Shown here in pieces: positions 26,390 through 39,879 of a DNA stretch of 64,000 nt; the stretch's first letter is position 1; the number at the start of each line of letters is the position of its first letter. The position numbers and the translations under genes are program-made. Source of the stretch: Malacoraja senta (lineage: Eukaryota); assembly GCA_038087875.1 (NCBI GenBank), contig CM075992.1, positions 11,906,001 through 11,970,000 on the forward strand. The letters are read 5' to 3'. Under the pieces are notes generated by a model. It made no database searches and was not told the DNA's origin. It saw nothing but the letters and a program-made list of their open reading frames with translations.

Positions 26390-28630
26390 AAAAACCTGCA
26401 CCTTCACCCAATCTATTCCCCACAAGATCTCATGCACCTGTGTAACAGCACCCTTCAGCCTCCTGTGCTCCAAGTAAGAAATCCTAGCCTGCCCACCCTC
26501 TCCCTATATCTCAGGCTCTCAAGTCCTGGCAACATTGTTGTCAATTTTCTCGGCACTCTTTTCATCTGATAAACATCCATCCAAATATTAGAAAAAATGT
26601 TTAATAATAGATTAGACAAATTTGTAGAAAAGAATAAATTAATCACAGAAAGTCAATATGGATTCAGAACAAATAGATCAACATCACTTGCAATACTAGA
26701 ATTAATTGAAGACATCACAAACGCCATTGATAAGAAATTATATGCAGCTGGGATATTCATTGACATAAAAAAAGCATTTGATACAATTAATCATGATATT
26801 TTATTTAAAAAATTGGAGAGGTATGGAATTAGAGGAATAGTACTGGACTGGATTAAAAGCTACTTAAGTAACAGGCAACAGTTTGTAAATCTGGGTAGTC
26901 ATAATTCTACATGCTTGGACATTGTGTGTGGTGTACCACAGGGGTCAGTGCTGGGCCCAAAATTATTTATCATGTACATAAATGATATTTGTAATGTGTC
27001 CAATGTCTTGAGGCTGGTTTTGTTTGCAGATGATACAAATATTTTTTGTTCTGGGGAAAATTTAAAACAGCTATTGGATAAAATAATAAAAGAAATGGGT
27101 AAATTGAAAATATGGTTTGATAGGAATAAAATTTCATTAAATCTGAGTAAAACTAAAATAATGTTATTTGGTAATTGTAGAATAAATACACTAGTAAGTA
27201 TAAAGATAAATGGGGTGGAAGTTGAAAGAGTGCATGAAAATAAATTTCTTGGGGTTATAATTGACGATAAAATAAGCTGGAAATCACATATTAAACATGT
27301 AAAATTAAAATTGTCAAAAAGTATCTCTGTATTATACAAAGCCAAGCAAGCTCTGGATTACAAATCACTCCGTATTCTTTATTGTTCATTAATTTTACCC
27401 TACTTAAATTATTGTGCAGAAGTCTGGGGTAATAATTATAAAAATTCGATACACTCATTAACCATGATGCAAAAAAGAGCAATTCGTATTATCCATAATG
27501 CTAAGTATCTGGGTCATACGAATCCATTATTTTTAGTCAAAATTATTAAAATTAGAAGATTTGGTCACATTCAAAACAGCTCAGATAATGTTTAGGGCCA
27601 AAAATTAAAATTTACCTGGAAACATTCAAAAATTATTTAACGACCGTGTGGGGGGGTTACAATTTAAGACGAATATTTAACTTTAAGAAACAAAAAGTCC
27701 GTATGACTAGAAAAACCTTTTGTATTTCGGTTTGTGGAGTAGGAGTGTGGAATAAATTGAACGGGGAATTGAAGCAATGCACAAACATGAATCATTTTAA
27801 AATGATATATAAAAAAATAATTCTCAAGGGGTACAGGGATGGAGGGGATGGTTGACAAGTGGGGGTTGATGTTTATCTTGCTTTACTATTGTTTACTTAT
27901 GTTTGGGTACTTCAGATATGAAGTTTGTATGTACATAATAGTTGTATGTATATATATGTCTGTAGGTATTATGGGAAATTGCCTAGGGTAGTATTATTAT
28001 TAGTAATGAATTGATTTTTAAATATGATAGAAGTGTTGGGGAAAAGGGGTGAGATTTAATAAGTTATTCTTCTTCTCACTCCTTTTCGAGCTTGTACAGA
28101 CACAGAGTTGGACATTGGAACTTTGATTTTGTTCTTCTCATTGCTTTGTAAATATTGATTGTAATGTCCAATTGTTTGATAATTTCGATTTTGTTAATAT
28201 TAATGTCTTTAATGTCTTTACTTGTTCGGAATAAATAAATAAATAAATAAATAAAATAAAAAATATAGCAAAGTGAACAAAACGGAACACAATACTCCAA
28301 ATGCAATCTCACCAACATCATGTACAACTGTACCACAACATCCCAACTTCTATATTCAATATCCTGACCGATGAACGTCAATATACTGAAAGCCTTCTTA
28401 ACCACCGTGTGGTCACCCATTATGTGTGATGCCACTGATAATGATCTAGGTCCCTGCACTCCATATCATTCTGCTCTGCAACACTCCCAGGGCTCTGCCA
28501 TTCACTATGAAGGCCCTGCCCTGGTTTAACTTCCCAAAATGCAAGACCTCAGACTTATCTGCATTAAACTCCATTAACCTCAGCCCACTTGTTCAACTGA
28601 TCATGATCCTGTTGTAATTTCTGATAACCT
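26390..28630 (-). mobile_element. CR1 fragment split by the LINE at 26579-28262
   Basis: CR1 sequence stops at ...aaacatcc (26578) and resumes at atatagcaaagtgaac (28263). LYMMLVRLHLEYCVPF motif. Confidence 0.7.
26579..28262 (+). mobile_element. AT-rich 5'-truncated LINE, Crack/Daphne-like (L2 group); RT ORF 26597-27595
   Basis: [54 protein letters not shown]. 3' UTR ends in (AAAT)n. Confidence 0.8.
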
Positions 28631-28705
28631 CTATGTTCTATGTTTTTGCTGCACTTGCCAGGGGATTTCTACGACCTCCCCTTCTATGCTCGATTCTTCA
28701 CGATG

Positions 28706-29020
28706 GTTTAGTTTAATTTAGTTTAGAGATACAGCGTGGAAACAGGCCCTTCGGCCCACCGGGTCCGCACTGACCAGCGATCCCCACGCATTAAAACTAT
28801 CCTACACACACTAGGGACAATTTACACTTATACCAAGCCAAATAACCTACAAACCTGTACGTGTTTGGAATGTGGGAGGAAACCAAAGATCTCAGAGAAA
28901 ATCCACGAGGTCACGGGGAGAATGTACAAAGTCTGTACAGACAGCACCCATAGTCAGGATCGAACCCGGGTCACCGGCGCTGTATGGCAGCAACTCTACC
29001 GCTGCGCCACTGTGCCACCG
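28706..29020 (-). mobile_element. Full-length V-SINE (HE1-like); mirror copy at 63673-63987 (+)
   Basis: A-box tggcgcagcgg, B-box ggttcgatcc, V-core, CR1-like 3' tail ending in (TAAAC)n. Confidence 0.9.
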
Positions 29021-30189
29021 TGGTTATAAATATTGAGAATAACTGATAAGTCATTGTACATTGTTGATGCCACAGCTAATGTATCTGTAAAGCTGCAGCA
29101 AGTAAGAATTTCATTGTTCCGGTTCACATCCGTTCCATTTGACAATTAAACACTCTTAAGTAGAAACAATTAGTTTGTACAAAACACAAAATGCTGGAAG
29201 AACTCAGTGGGTCAGGAAACACCTTTGATGAGAATGGACAGACAACATTTCAGGCTGGGTCACTTCTTCAGACTGTGTGTAGTAGTGGGGAGAAAGCAAG
29301 AAAGGTCAAGGTGGGTGGGAAAGGGTTAACAGAAGTGAGAACAAACAAGCTGTGGAAAGTAGCTGAAGAAAAGCAGATTCACACAAGCTGAAGCAGAAAC
29401 AGAGGAGGGGGGAGGGTGTAAATAGGGGAACTGGAGCTATGACCTCTGGGGCCCCGGGAAGGGAGGGAGGGAGGGGAAGGATGAGGTTGAGGGAAGGGAG
29501 CGTGGGAAAGGAGAGAAGGTTGGTGTTGAGAGGAGGTAGGTAAGGGGGAGGAGAGAATGGGTTTGTTGAGAGAGGGGGAGAAGCAGGAGAGGACAGAGAA
29601 GGCTGGTGTTGAGAGGGGTATGGGGAGAGGAGGGGATTGGTGTTGGAGGAGGAAGGTGAGGAAGGTGAGGAAGTTAGTGTTGAGAGGAGGGTCAGGAGAG
29701 GGGGTGGGTGTTCAGTGGGAGAGAGGGGAAGTGAGGGGGGTCACTATTGTGAGGAGGGGTGAGGGAGAGGAAGAGGTGACCGGCAGGGAATGCTTGAAAG
29801 CCGCCTTTTCCACAAATGTATTGCTGACTCTCAGTTTGCTGGAGAAATGGTCTCAACTGGGTCAAGCATCAAACTCCATCGGTTTAGGTCACTGTATACG
29901 CAAGGTTGCCCTCAGGGATAATATTTGGATCGGCCTGTAATTGCCAACAAGCAGCTTCCTGCAATGGTGATTTTCAAACTGGAGTCTTGGGACTAAATTA
30001 AATGTTTTTGTACATTTGGATTTGGCATTGAGTCGCTGGGACAGTCAGCTGATCGAGCTTGGCCAGCCTCTGGAACTCTGAAGGGCCGTGATGGAGATGG
30101 AGTAACTTGCACTGTGATATTTGAATGTCATGGAGATTAAGTCAGAGTCTGCATCCAAAATCAGACTGACATCAGTCTCTGTCAGTTAT

Positions 30190-31850
30190 GGAGGGAATCC
30201 CGTTGCAGCAACATTTTACTCTTTACCCCACTGCCCCTGATTCCTCACAATCATCCCTGGGTCCTGGCCACTGGGTTCAGCCTGGCCAATGCCAGCAGCC
30301 ACCTCACTCAACTGACCATTTATTGCACCACAGCCACCAACATGGGTTTCATCAACAAAACTGGAGATGGTCTCCTCACATCTCCAGCATATCGTCAACC
30401 TGAGCCTGAGCCTGGAGAGGGTTCCTGTGATGTGGAAGACGTACTGCCCGGACCCTGTATAATAGAGGACATGTCCCAGCTCCTCCAATGACTACAGACC
30501 AGTGGCGCTGACCTCACACATCATGAAGTCCCTGGAGAGGCTGGTCCTCAGTCACCTGCGACCCCTGGTTAAACCCTACCTTAACCCCCTGCAGTTCACT
30601 TAACAAACAAAGGTGGGGGTGGAGGACGCCATCATCCACCTGGTCCATCATTCCTATGCTCACCTGGATAGGCCAGAAAGCCCTGCGAGAACCATGTTTG
30701 TTTACTTCTCTCCTGCTATTAACAACGTCTGGCCTGCACTGCTAGGGAGCAAACTGATGAAGATGAGGCTGGATGCTCCATTGGTGTTCTGGATCACTGA
30801 CTACCTGACTAGACAACAACAGTATGTCAGGCTGTGGTATGTCAGACATGGTAGTGAGCAACACACGGGCTTCACAGGGGATGGTTCTCGGTCCCTTCCT
30901 GTTCACCATCTACAACTCGGACTTCAGATACAATGCAGACTCCTGCCACCTGTTGAAGTTTTCAGATGTCTCTGCAATTGTGGGCTACATCAGTGAGGGA
31001 AGGGAAGCTGAATACAGAGGTATAGTCAACGACTTTGTTGAGTGGTGTGGGCGGCATCACCTGCAGCTGAACACCAACAAGACTAAGGAGTTAGTGGTGG
31101 ACCTCAGAAAGAGAGGAACACCCGTCCCCTGTCTCCATCATGGGTGTGGATTTGCAGTTTATCTAGGAGTACAAGTACCTTGGAGTGTACCTGGCAGTAA
31201 ACTGGACTGGTCCAGGAACGCTGAAGCACTGTATAAAAAGGGTCAGAGCCATCTGTTCTTTCTGAGGAGACTCCACTCCTTCAACATCTGCAGTAAGATG
31301 TTGCAGATGTTCTACCAATCTGTGGTGGCCAGTGCCATCTTCTACGCTGTTGTGTACAGGGGTAGCAGGGCAAAGGCTTTGGATACAAACAGATTTATCA
31401 AGCTCATCATGAAGGCAGGCTCCATCCTTGGAGTGGAGTTAGATTCATTGGAGGTCATCTTGGAGGGGAGGATGCTCCTCAAACTGTGGAGCATCTTGGA
31501 CAATACAGCTCACCCCCTCCATGACACACTGGTCAACCTGAGGAGTGCCTTCAGCAACAGACTGGTTCCTCCAAGATGCAGCACAAAACCCCACAGGAGA
31601 TCCTTCTTCCCTGTGGCTATCAAACTATACAACTCCTCGCCCTTCTGTCATGGGGTAGACTGACTCCAACCCATCCCCCCCCCATCCAATCCCCTCCACC
31701 CCATTATTTGGACATCCTCAATCCTGGACTTTCCACTCGTCACTTTAATTTAATGTTTCATGTATTTGTTGTGTTTCAGTACTGTTGGCAGACCAATTCT
31801 CCCCCCCCCCCCCCCCCCCGGGATAAATAAAGTTATATCATATCGCATTA
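30190..31850 (+). mobile_element. Degenerate Rex1/Babar RT fragment; mirror copy at ~60865-62520 (-)
   Basis: NDYRPVALTSHIMK, GVEDAII, QGMVLGPFLFTIY, KTKELVVD, RRSFFPVAIKLYN, followed by an aataaa tail. Confidence 0.85.
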
Positions 31851-32049
31851 TCCGGCAACAGTTTACAGCTTTTGTCCTGTGATCTTGGCATATGAGTCCA
31901 CTCGACAAGGAGCATATCCCACATGGGTAGCTTACAACCCATCGGTATCTTAATTGAATTCTTCAATTCCAAGTAATATCTCCTTACCGTCTCTCTATGT
32001 CCTGTGGCCCCTCCCGGCACTGTTGCGTACCCATTTCTCCCATTATCTC

Positions 32050-32235
32050 TCACCCAACCACTGCAAAAAACTATATTAATATTTGTTATTTGCACTATAT
32101 TTGTTATTTATGGAACTTTTCTTTTTTTCCCCGTTATATACAATGTTTACATATTCTGTTGTGCTGCAGCAAGTAAGAATTTCATTGTCCCGTCCGGGAC
32201 ATATGAGAATAAAAACACTCTTGACTCTTGACTCT
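32050..32235 (+). mobile_element. Short LINE 3' UTR fragment with (GACTCTT)n tail; related pieces at 14636-14680, 15541-15585, 18483-18555 and 29080-29160
   Basis: Shared motif atgtttacatattctgttgtgctgcagcaagtaagaatttcattgt...aaaacactcttgactc. Confidence 0.6.
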
Positions 32236-34004
32236 GCTCCTTTCCCCTCCTTTGAAGACTCGTCTCCCATCCCTGACTATCCCATTGCCATTTAATTCCA
32301 TCTTTCCCCCGCCCATCTCCTCCCCACACAATTCACTCCTGTTTCCTTCTTATCTGACAGGCTTTTTGTTTCCTCTTCATCTCTATCATTTACTGCACTC
32401 ATCTGCCAAACACCCCACCCCCAGATATATCCACATCACTTGCCAGGCCCCACGCCCATCCATCTTTTCCAACTTTCTCCCCACTACTCCATCAGTTTGA
32501 AAGGTCACGATCTAAAATGTCATCTGTCCAATCCCTCCACAGATGCTGCCTGACCCACTGAGTTGCTCCAGCACTTTGACTTCTGTATTTGACACTTTTA
32601 GTAACCATGTCCGTGATGACCTGTTGGGATACTAAAGTCAATGAGCAAGACCCACACAAGGGCCGGTCAGTTCCGAGTACGTTAAGTGGACATCATGACT
32701 GGTTCTTTATGGAACTCTGACCTTCTGGATTCAGACGCCGTTAACATCTTTACATTGGCACTTCTCACAAAGGGATCCCTGTAAAATCACACCACAGGCC
32801 TCTCCTAGAGAATAATTTTCTATTCAATTTTTGGAAGGCACACTGGCTGGGCAAGATCCCCGCATCGAGTGTAAGCCACAGAGTCGCGATTAGTTGGAGT
32901 AGGGCGATTATCAGCACATCGTGATTTAGGCAGAAAGAATGTGGTAAGCATGATAACAGATATGGTAAGAATGTTTAGTTTAGAGATACAGCGTGGAAAC
33001 GGGAGCTGATTTCGTGAGAACTGGGAAATCCATGCATTTGAAAGATCGATTATCATTTAATAATAGAAAAAAAGAAAAGTTTAGTCAAACCGCAGAGCAA
33101 AGTATTGGGAACCAGCAGAGAACATGACCCTCTTGCCACCCCCGTCCCCCACGATCACACTGACCATGATGCCGATCTACGCTGATCCCAATTACCTGGA
33201 TGAAGCCGGTATTCACTTACATCTTTCCTTTCCAAGCACTTGTCCAAACCGATTTAAACATTGTAATTTCCCCTCTCTCATCTTACATCAAAACCTTAAG
33301 TTCTATATTCAACAGCCTTGTGGAAAAAGACTGACTCGGGCGTTCTCCGTGGAGGGAAATAGAGAGACAACATTTTGGGTCGGGACCTTTCTCGCACAAC
33401 ATCCTGGTTAACCTTTTCTGCCACTCTCACCATTACTATAACATTATTTTGGAAGTTTAGTTGAGTTTACAGATACAGTATGGAAACAGGCCCCGTGGCC
33501 TATTGAGTCATGCCGATCATCAATCAATCACCCTTTCACATTAGTTCTATATTATCCCATTTTCTCATACACCCTACATACGTGCGGCAATTTACAGAGG
33601 CTAATTAACAAGTCTTTGGGATGTGGGAGGAAACTGGAATACCTGGAGGAAACTCAACTTATCTTTGCTATAGCAGGGTTTCCAAAACTCAACATAATAA
33701 ATCAAATGCAATAATCTGTAAATGATTAAATCTATAGACATTTTCGTCAATTGGGATCAAACCTGCTGAAGCCGCTTCCCATGGTCATAGAACATAGAGC
33801 ATGTCTGCACGATGCATATCCCTGTATTCCCTGCATAACCATGAGCCTATCTAAAAACCTCCTAAACACCACAATTGTATCTGCCTCCACCACCAGCCCT
33901 GGCAGCAACGTTCCAGACACCCAACACACTGTTAAACAACTTGTCCCGCGCATCTTCTTTAAACTTCTCTATAAACTGTTGCCCGCTTACCTTAAAGCTA
34001 TCTA

Positions 34005-34440
34005 CACAAAAAGCTGGAGCAACTCAGCGGGACAGGCAGCATCTCCGGAGAGAAGGATTGGGTGACGTTTCGGGTCGAGACCCTTCTTCAGTTTGGGAAA
34101 TGTGAGATATAGACTATGATGTAGAGATAAAGAACAATGAATGAAATATATGCAAAAAACTAACGATAATAAAGGAAACAGGCCATTGTTATCTGTTTGT
34201 TGGGTGAAAAACGAAAAGCTGGTGCGACTTGGGTGGGGGAAGGATAGAAAGAAAGGAAATGCCAGGGTTACTTGAAGTTAGATAAATCGATATTCATAGC
34301 ACTGGGCTGTAAACTGCTCAAGAGAAATATGGGATTTGCGTTTAGCCTCACTCTGACAATGGAGGAGACCTTGGACAGAAAGGTCTGTGTGGGAATGGAA
34401 AGGAGAATTAAAGTGTTTAGCAACCGGGAGATCAGACCTT
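34005..34440 (-). mobile_element. Penelope 3' fragment; mirror copy at ~58275-58715 (+)
   Basis: LPVAKHFNSP...MNIDLSNFK C-terminus plus terminal repeat. Confidence 0.8.
34061..34091 (-). ncRNA. Minimal type I hammerhead ribozyme motif
   Basis: Minus strand reads CTGAAGA-A-GGGTCTCGACCC-GAAAC-GTC-ACC. Confidence 0.65.
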
Positions 34441-35889
34441 AAAACTGTGCTCTCTCGGCTTTGGCATTTCCACCCTGGGAAAAAGGTTCTGATTGTCTAC
34501 CCTGTCTATGCCTCTCGTTGTTTGGTACAGCCATAATGATCATGCAGAGTCGGGGAAAGCAAGCCCCTGACTGTCTGAAGAATGGTCTCGACCCAAAACA
34601 TCCCCCATTCCTTCTCTCCAGAGATGCTGTCTGGCCCGCTAACTCCAGCTTTTTGTGTCTATCTTCGGCGAAAGCAGAGGCGACATTGCGGCTACACAGC
34701 AGCGGAACATGTGGGACTCACTCACACCTTCACTAATGGTCTTCGAGTGCAGCGCGCACCTTTTCAAACTAATATTTTTTAAGAAGTTCCACCCACACAC
34801 TGCCTGAGGACACAACATGTACCAGCTTTTCCCCACGTACTATTGAGTCTACAATTGTCTTGTATTCATGAATGAGCTTCCACAGTTCAAGGCGATCACT
34901 TTCTGTATTGCAACATTGCAGGGAGAACAGTTTCACGTTGCGCTGACCGCTACAACTGCCAGCAAGCTGTGGGCTTCTTGGAGACTCCCACCACTGTGCG
35001 AGTGAAACCACGACTATTTTTAGTGCACAGGGCTGCTCCGGCAGCTGGTGACAACATTCACTCGCTCGGGAGAGAGTGTGGAAAATGGAATGTGCAGAAA
35101 CGGAGTTACCCTGAGATGGGGCAGAGAGGGAGGAAAAGTCACCACGATGAATAAAGATCAAATCAAAGATAGATGTAGCGATATAGATAAGGTGGTGGTG
35201 ACAGGGAAAGAGACTTGGAATAACAACCACGACACGCTGGGAGAGTCAATTAAAATGTAAAGGAAGGTCCCAATCGGAAAGGTCCCGACCCGTTCATTCC
35301 CTCCACAGATGCTGCTCGATCCAGCACTTTGTGTTCGCCAGAAGTCTAATTATCCGGTCTGAACATTATTTAAGAGGTAAGAGAATGGATCCTTTTCTAT
35401 GTATATGAAGGAAGGAAATCGTAAAGCTGAGAAGACCATGAGTAATTCTTACAGAAAAAGATACAACGTTTAACTGTATAATAATGTTGAGACGGCGTGT
35501 TACACGGAGATAAATATCCCTTCACATACCCAATAGAAGGTAGCTGTACACGGCTCGCATCCTGCTCTCAGAAAGATCGAACTGTTGTACGACTCACATA
35601 GTCCAGCAGAACTTCAGCAGCTGTACAGAGGCACGCCCCACAGAGGAGGACATGAAGTTCAGATCCGGCCAGTTCCCAGACCTATCAATGCACCGGACGT
35701 TAAAGCTGGAGGAGACACGTGAGGCTGCAGATGCTGTAATCTGGAGCGACAATCTGCTGGAGGATCTCAGCGCCCAGAGCTGGGTCTGTGGGGCAAAAAC
35801 GGTTCAGTTTGAGCATCAGAGACCGTCCTGATGCAGGGTCTGGACCCAAAACGTCGATAATTTGTGTGTCCCACCCCCCACCCACAGTC

Positions 35890-36534
35890 TACAAATACTT
35901 TGCATCGGAATTGAGCAAGGAGAAAGGCATAGGTGATGGTGAGATTAGTGAGTGTTTAATATTCTCGGGCATGTCGATATTAAGGAAGAGCAGCTATTGT
36001 GTGTCTTGGAGAACATTAAGGAAGACAAGGACATGGAGCCTGGTAGAATCTATCCAAGGATACTAATAGAGGCAAGGGAGGAGATACTTGACCGGGATAA
36101 TCTGGGAAACTATAGGCAAGTAAGACGCCTGCTGTGGTGGCAGGCGTGGCCAGGGTGCCTGTGGCGGCAAAGGCAGGGACCGTGTGGGAATGGTAGGTGT
36201 GGCCGGAGCGGTGGTGGTGGAAGCGTTGCTAACAGCAGGAGAGGCGCCACAAGCCAGGGGTGTAAGATTGAAGAAGATTTTTAAGGACAGGATTTGATAT
36301 TTGCATTTGGGAAATCATGGATTTATTAGTAATATTCAGAGTGGCTTTATGTGGGGCAGGTTCTATCTTACAAATTTGATTGAGGTTATCGAGGTGACGA
36401 CATTAAGTGATGAGTGTTGGGTAATGGATGTAGTCTACATAGATGTAGTTAGTAAATCATTTGACAATGTTCTTCATGATAGGTGGGTTTAGAAGATTAA
36501 ATCACATGGGATCCACGGAGATTTGGGCGATTTG
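35890..36534 (+). mobile_element. CR1 RT fragment adjoining the DIRS-A end; mirror copy at ~56175-56845
   Basis: PGRIYPRILIEAREEI and QSGFMWGRFYLTNLIE...DVVYID..SKSFDNV. Confidence 0.75.
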
Positions 36535-39450
36535 ATAGTAAGATTAAACGAGAATTTACCAGTTTGAAGTTTGATCTTTATTTTATGAGTTACGATGAGG
36601 GATTACGTGAAGAGCCCGTCCAGCCGCACACGCGTCAATCTTCAAAGCAGCGGTGTGAAATCACAGACAACAATTACTGAAGTGTGATAGTAAGATACGT
36701 AAAGACTAGAACTACCAGCTCGATCTTTATGAGGGTGTGAGTGGAGGGCACGTAATCCCTCATCGTAACTCCTCATAAAATAAAGATCAAACTTCAAACT
36801 GGTAAGTTCTCATTCAATCTTGCTATTTTACTTCGGAGTCACGTGAGTGACTACGTGAAGATTTCAAAGCTCTGTGATTTCACGCCATTGATTCAAATCC
36901 AGGTGTCTCACTGCATTGATTGACTAAATGAATAAAAGCAATCAACAATGCATAACCACAACATAAATGTAATCAGTTAATGGTTTTATTTATCACAACA
37001 ATAGTAACCCCTTTATCATAATGGGGGACTTAATACTGAATCCAAAACAGCACCACCAAATAACCCAGGATCTTTAATCTCCTTATGGTAATACTTGTGA
37101 AACATCTGTTCACTTGCCCATCCTGCGGCCGTGAGGATATGGTCTATTGGAACGTCCAAATCCTTGGCCACCGATGTTGATGCCGCCCTGGTGGAATGAG
37201 ATTTAAATTTGTCAGTATCAATACCTGCATCAACCTGCTTCAGCCATCTTGAAATAGTCTGTACCGACACTTTCTTATGCGGTTTTTTATAGCTGACAAA
37301 GAATGCTGATTCTGCACCTCTTAAGGTTCTGGTTGCTTCAATGTAACATCGTAAATGTGCTACTTCACATAGACGTGGATCCGTAGGATATGCTGAAAAC
37401 CCCAACTTACATCCTGTGAACACAGGTCTACTCTGTTTAAGCAAATCATAGACATAGAATGTAATGGCATCTGCTGCTATTTTCATCCTGTCTATTTGTA
37501 ATTTCTGCAATGTTTGCACTCTCTGTGTTGAAACCAGTGCCCTGAGCATAACTAACTTCATGGTAATTTTAGCCAATGACAGAACTTCAATAGGCGTCCA
37601 TTGGCGAAGGAACATAAGCACATCTCTTACATTCCAGATTTCTATATACCTGGGTCTTGGAGGATTGGAATTTAAAAATTCCCTTCATAAACATACAGAC
37701 CCAAGGGTGTGATCCTATAGGATTTTGTTCTGATTCCCTGCATAGATATGCAGAAAGAGCACTCCTTGCAGTATTGATCACACTATAGCTCAAATGCAAA
37801 TCAAAATAAAGAGTTGAAAGAAACTCTAACACATCTGAAATGTCTGCAGTGTGATATGTAATATTCTTTTGTGAACAAAACACCTCCCATTTCCTTATAT
37901 AAGAAATGTACTGCTTCTGGGTACTATTCCCCCAGGCTGCCACCATAATATCCACAGTACGCTCTGATAATCCTCTTCCGAGATACGGACTTCTTAGAAT
38001 CTGCAAATCAATAAAACAATACGATCATGTAAAGGATGTGATTCACCAGTTACATGGTGCACAAGCAGGTTTTCCTGCTTAGGAATAATCATAAGGGGCC
38101 TTGTGATCATTTTTAACACCAGAGGCTACCACGGCTGTGTAGGCCAGTCTGGTACCACTAAAACCCCTGAAGCGGAGTCCTGTTTAATTTTCTGTATACA
38201 CCGATTAATGAGGCAAAACGGAGGAAATGCATACAGAAACTTAAAATACCCCAATGTATCGAGAAAGCATCCACCGCTACTGCACCAGGATCAGGTTCCC
38301 ATGACACATACTTAAGCAATTGGTGGTTAAGTCTTGATGCAAACAAATCTATCTCTGGCATCCCGAACCTAGCCACAATTTTATTAAATTTTTCACGATC
38401 CAACATCCACTCTGTATTGTCTGAATTTATGTGACCTTGTGTCTGCAACTATGTTGAGTCTACCTGATAGGTAGATTGCCGAAAGCCAAATCTTTCTGGT
38501 AATACACCAGGTCCAGATCACGTTTGCCAATCTATCACAAGATTCTGACTTGATACCACCCATATGATTAACATACGCTACAGCTGTAGTATTGTCAATC
38601 TGTACCTGAATATGTAATTTTTTAATATTAGAACAATAAGCTTTAAGCCCGTAAAATGTTTCTAAAAGCTCTAGGTAATTTATACCTTGATCTTGGAGCA
38701 AAGGTACTTCCTCCACATTCCATCTACCTCCACAGCTGGAAACAGTATTAGTGGCGCCCCAACCTAGAGCACTTACATCAGTCTGTAGAATAATGGAAGG
38801 TGTTGCAACCAGAATTTGTCTGGAAGCCTTAGAGACATTGTTAATCCTCCATTCTAATTCCGTAATAGCCTCAATTGTTAATTGCATGGGCCTGTCAAAA
38901 TGTCCTGCATTCATCCTTAATCGCTGCAAATGCTGATAATGCAGTGGTCGAAACCGTACAGCTGGAAAAGAAGCAATTAATTTGCCCAAACAAGCTTGTT
39001 ACCTGCCTAATTGAGGGTTGGTGCTCTGTAATGAGCTTAATACAACCTTCAATTAACTGCAGCCTTTTATCGTTTGGCAAAGTGACTGCCATGTGTTCTG
39101 AATTAATGGTAAAACACAGGTAATCAATTTCTGTGCTTGGTAATAGTTTGGATTTATGTGGGTGAATGATTAATCCTAGCCTCTCGAAAATGAGCTTAAT
39201 TCTTGACACTAATGCTTCTGATGTAGCCAATGTAGTTGATAGCATTCTAAAGTCATGTTTAATTCTTTGGCAATATAACAATATGTCTTATCATGCCATT
39301 GCAGTCCAGAGCTCCTGGCTTAGGAAGCCTTGTTTGAGCTGTGCCTATCAGACACCTGTGGGAGCTACATCTGGTGGTGTCATGGTAATTTCCGCTCACT
39401 AGAGGGGACTGTTGAAGATTCTTTCACAAGAGACTCCAACTATATGCATA
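36535..39450 (-). mobile_element. DIRS retrotransposon A (partial RT, RNase H, methyltransferase-like domain, tyrosine recombinase, ICR and right end), frameshifted
   Basis: YR motifs QRVQTL, HSTRAAS, AGW, FHKYY. RNase H motifs LQTDVSALGWG, INYLELL, IDNTTAVAYVN. IDLFASRLN. Terminal hairpin between 36535-36610 and 36749-36826. Confidence 0.9.
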
Positions 39451-39879
39451 TCAATAAAGTAGTTGAATCTCTGATTTATAGGGATACGCTTCTTGTAATC
39501 ATATAAACGTAATTGCCTATGACAACACCTGGCAGGGTTGCAGTATTTCTCCCACTCTGTCTGGCGTATGAGGGCCATAAGTGCTCCAGTCCTTCCCTGT
39601 AAAACTCCGTTGGCTCCAGAAGGGAGCAAGGACTCTGAGTCACTAGCAGGTGCAATCTGTTTGGTAAATGATGATACCAACAGAGCACCGATCTGCAGCT
39701 AGTCCCGATTCGGCTGCTGAAGGGAGCAGCCTGACAACCCCAAGTCGGGGCAAAGTCATAGCCAAGTCTTGGAACATCTATGGCAGATGTGATTGGGCAT
39801 TTGTCTCAATTAGAACATCTGATGAATCAAATGATAACACAAGAATTGCTCCGTGTTACAAAGGCTTGTCAGGCAGCAG

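Noticed and set aside
28940..29020. tRNA-like A and B boxes
   Set aside because: Head of a SINE; no full cloverleaf or terminator.
29400..29790. Purine-rich GA tract with G-runs (G-quadruplex or triplex potential)
   Set aside because: Low-complexity sequence common in such genomes; nothing indicates function.
32722..32778. Possible 57 bp exon (tttacag...AG|gtcaga) on the minus strand
   Set aside because: No recognisable domain; the Cys-rich frame hits a stop; it does not fix the phase problem.
34769..35230. 153 aa ORF open in both arms
   Set aside because: Conservation is explained by the recent duplication; non-ATG start and no recognisable motifs.
35598..35653. Candidate first exon MSSSVGRASVQLLKFCWT with a gtgagt donor (minus strand; mirror at ~57087)
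   Set aside because: The donor is phase 2 and does not fit the phase 1 acceptor at 14177; the peptide is only weakly hydrophobic.
37016..38989. Phage-like integrase plus methyltransferase as a prokaryotic or viral insert
   Set aside because: Domain order and ITR/ICR termini identify a DIRS retrotransposon.
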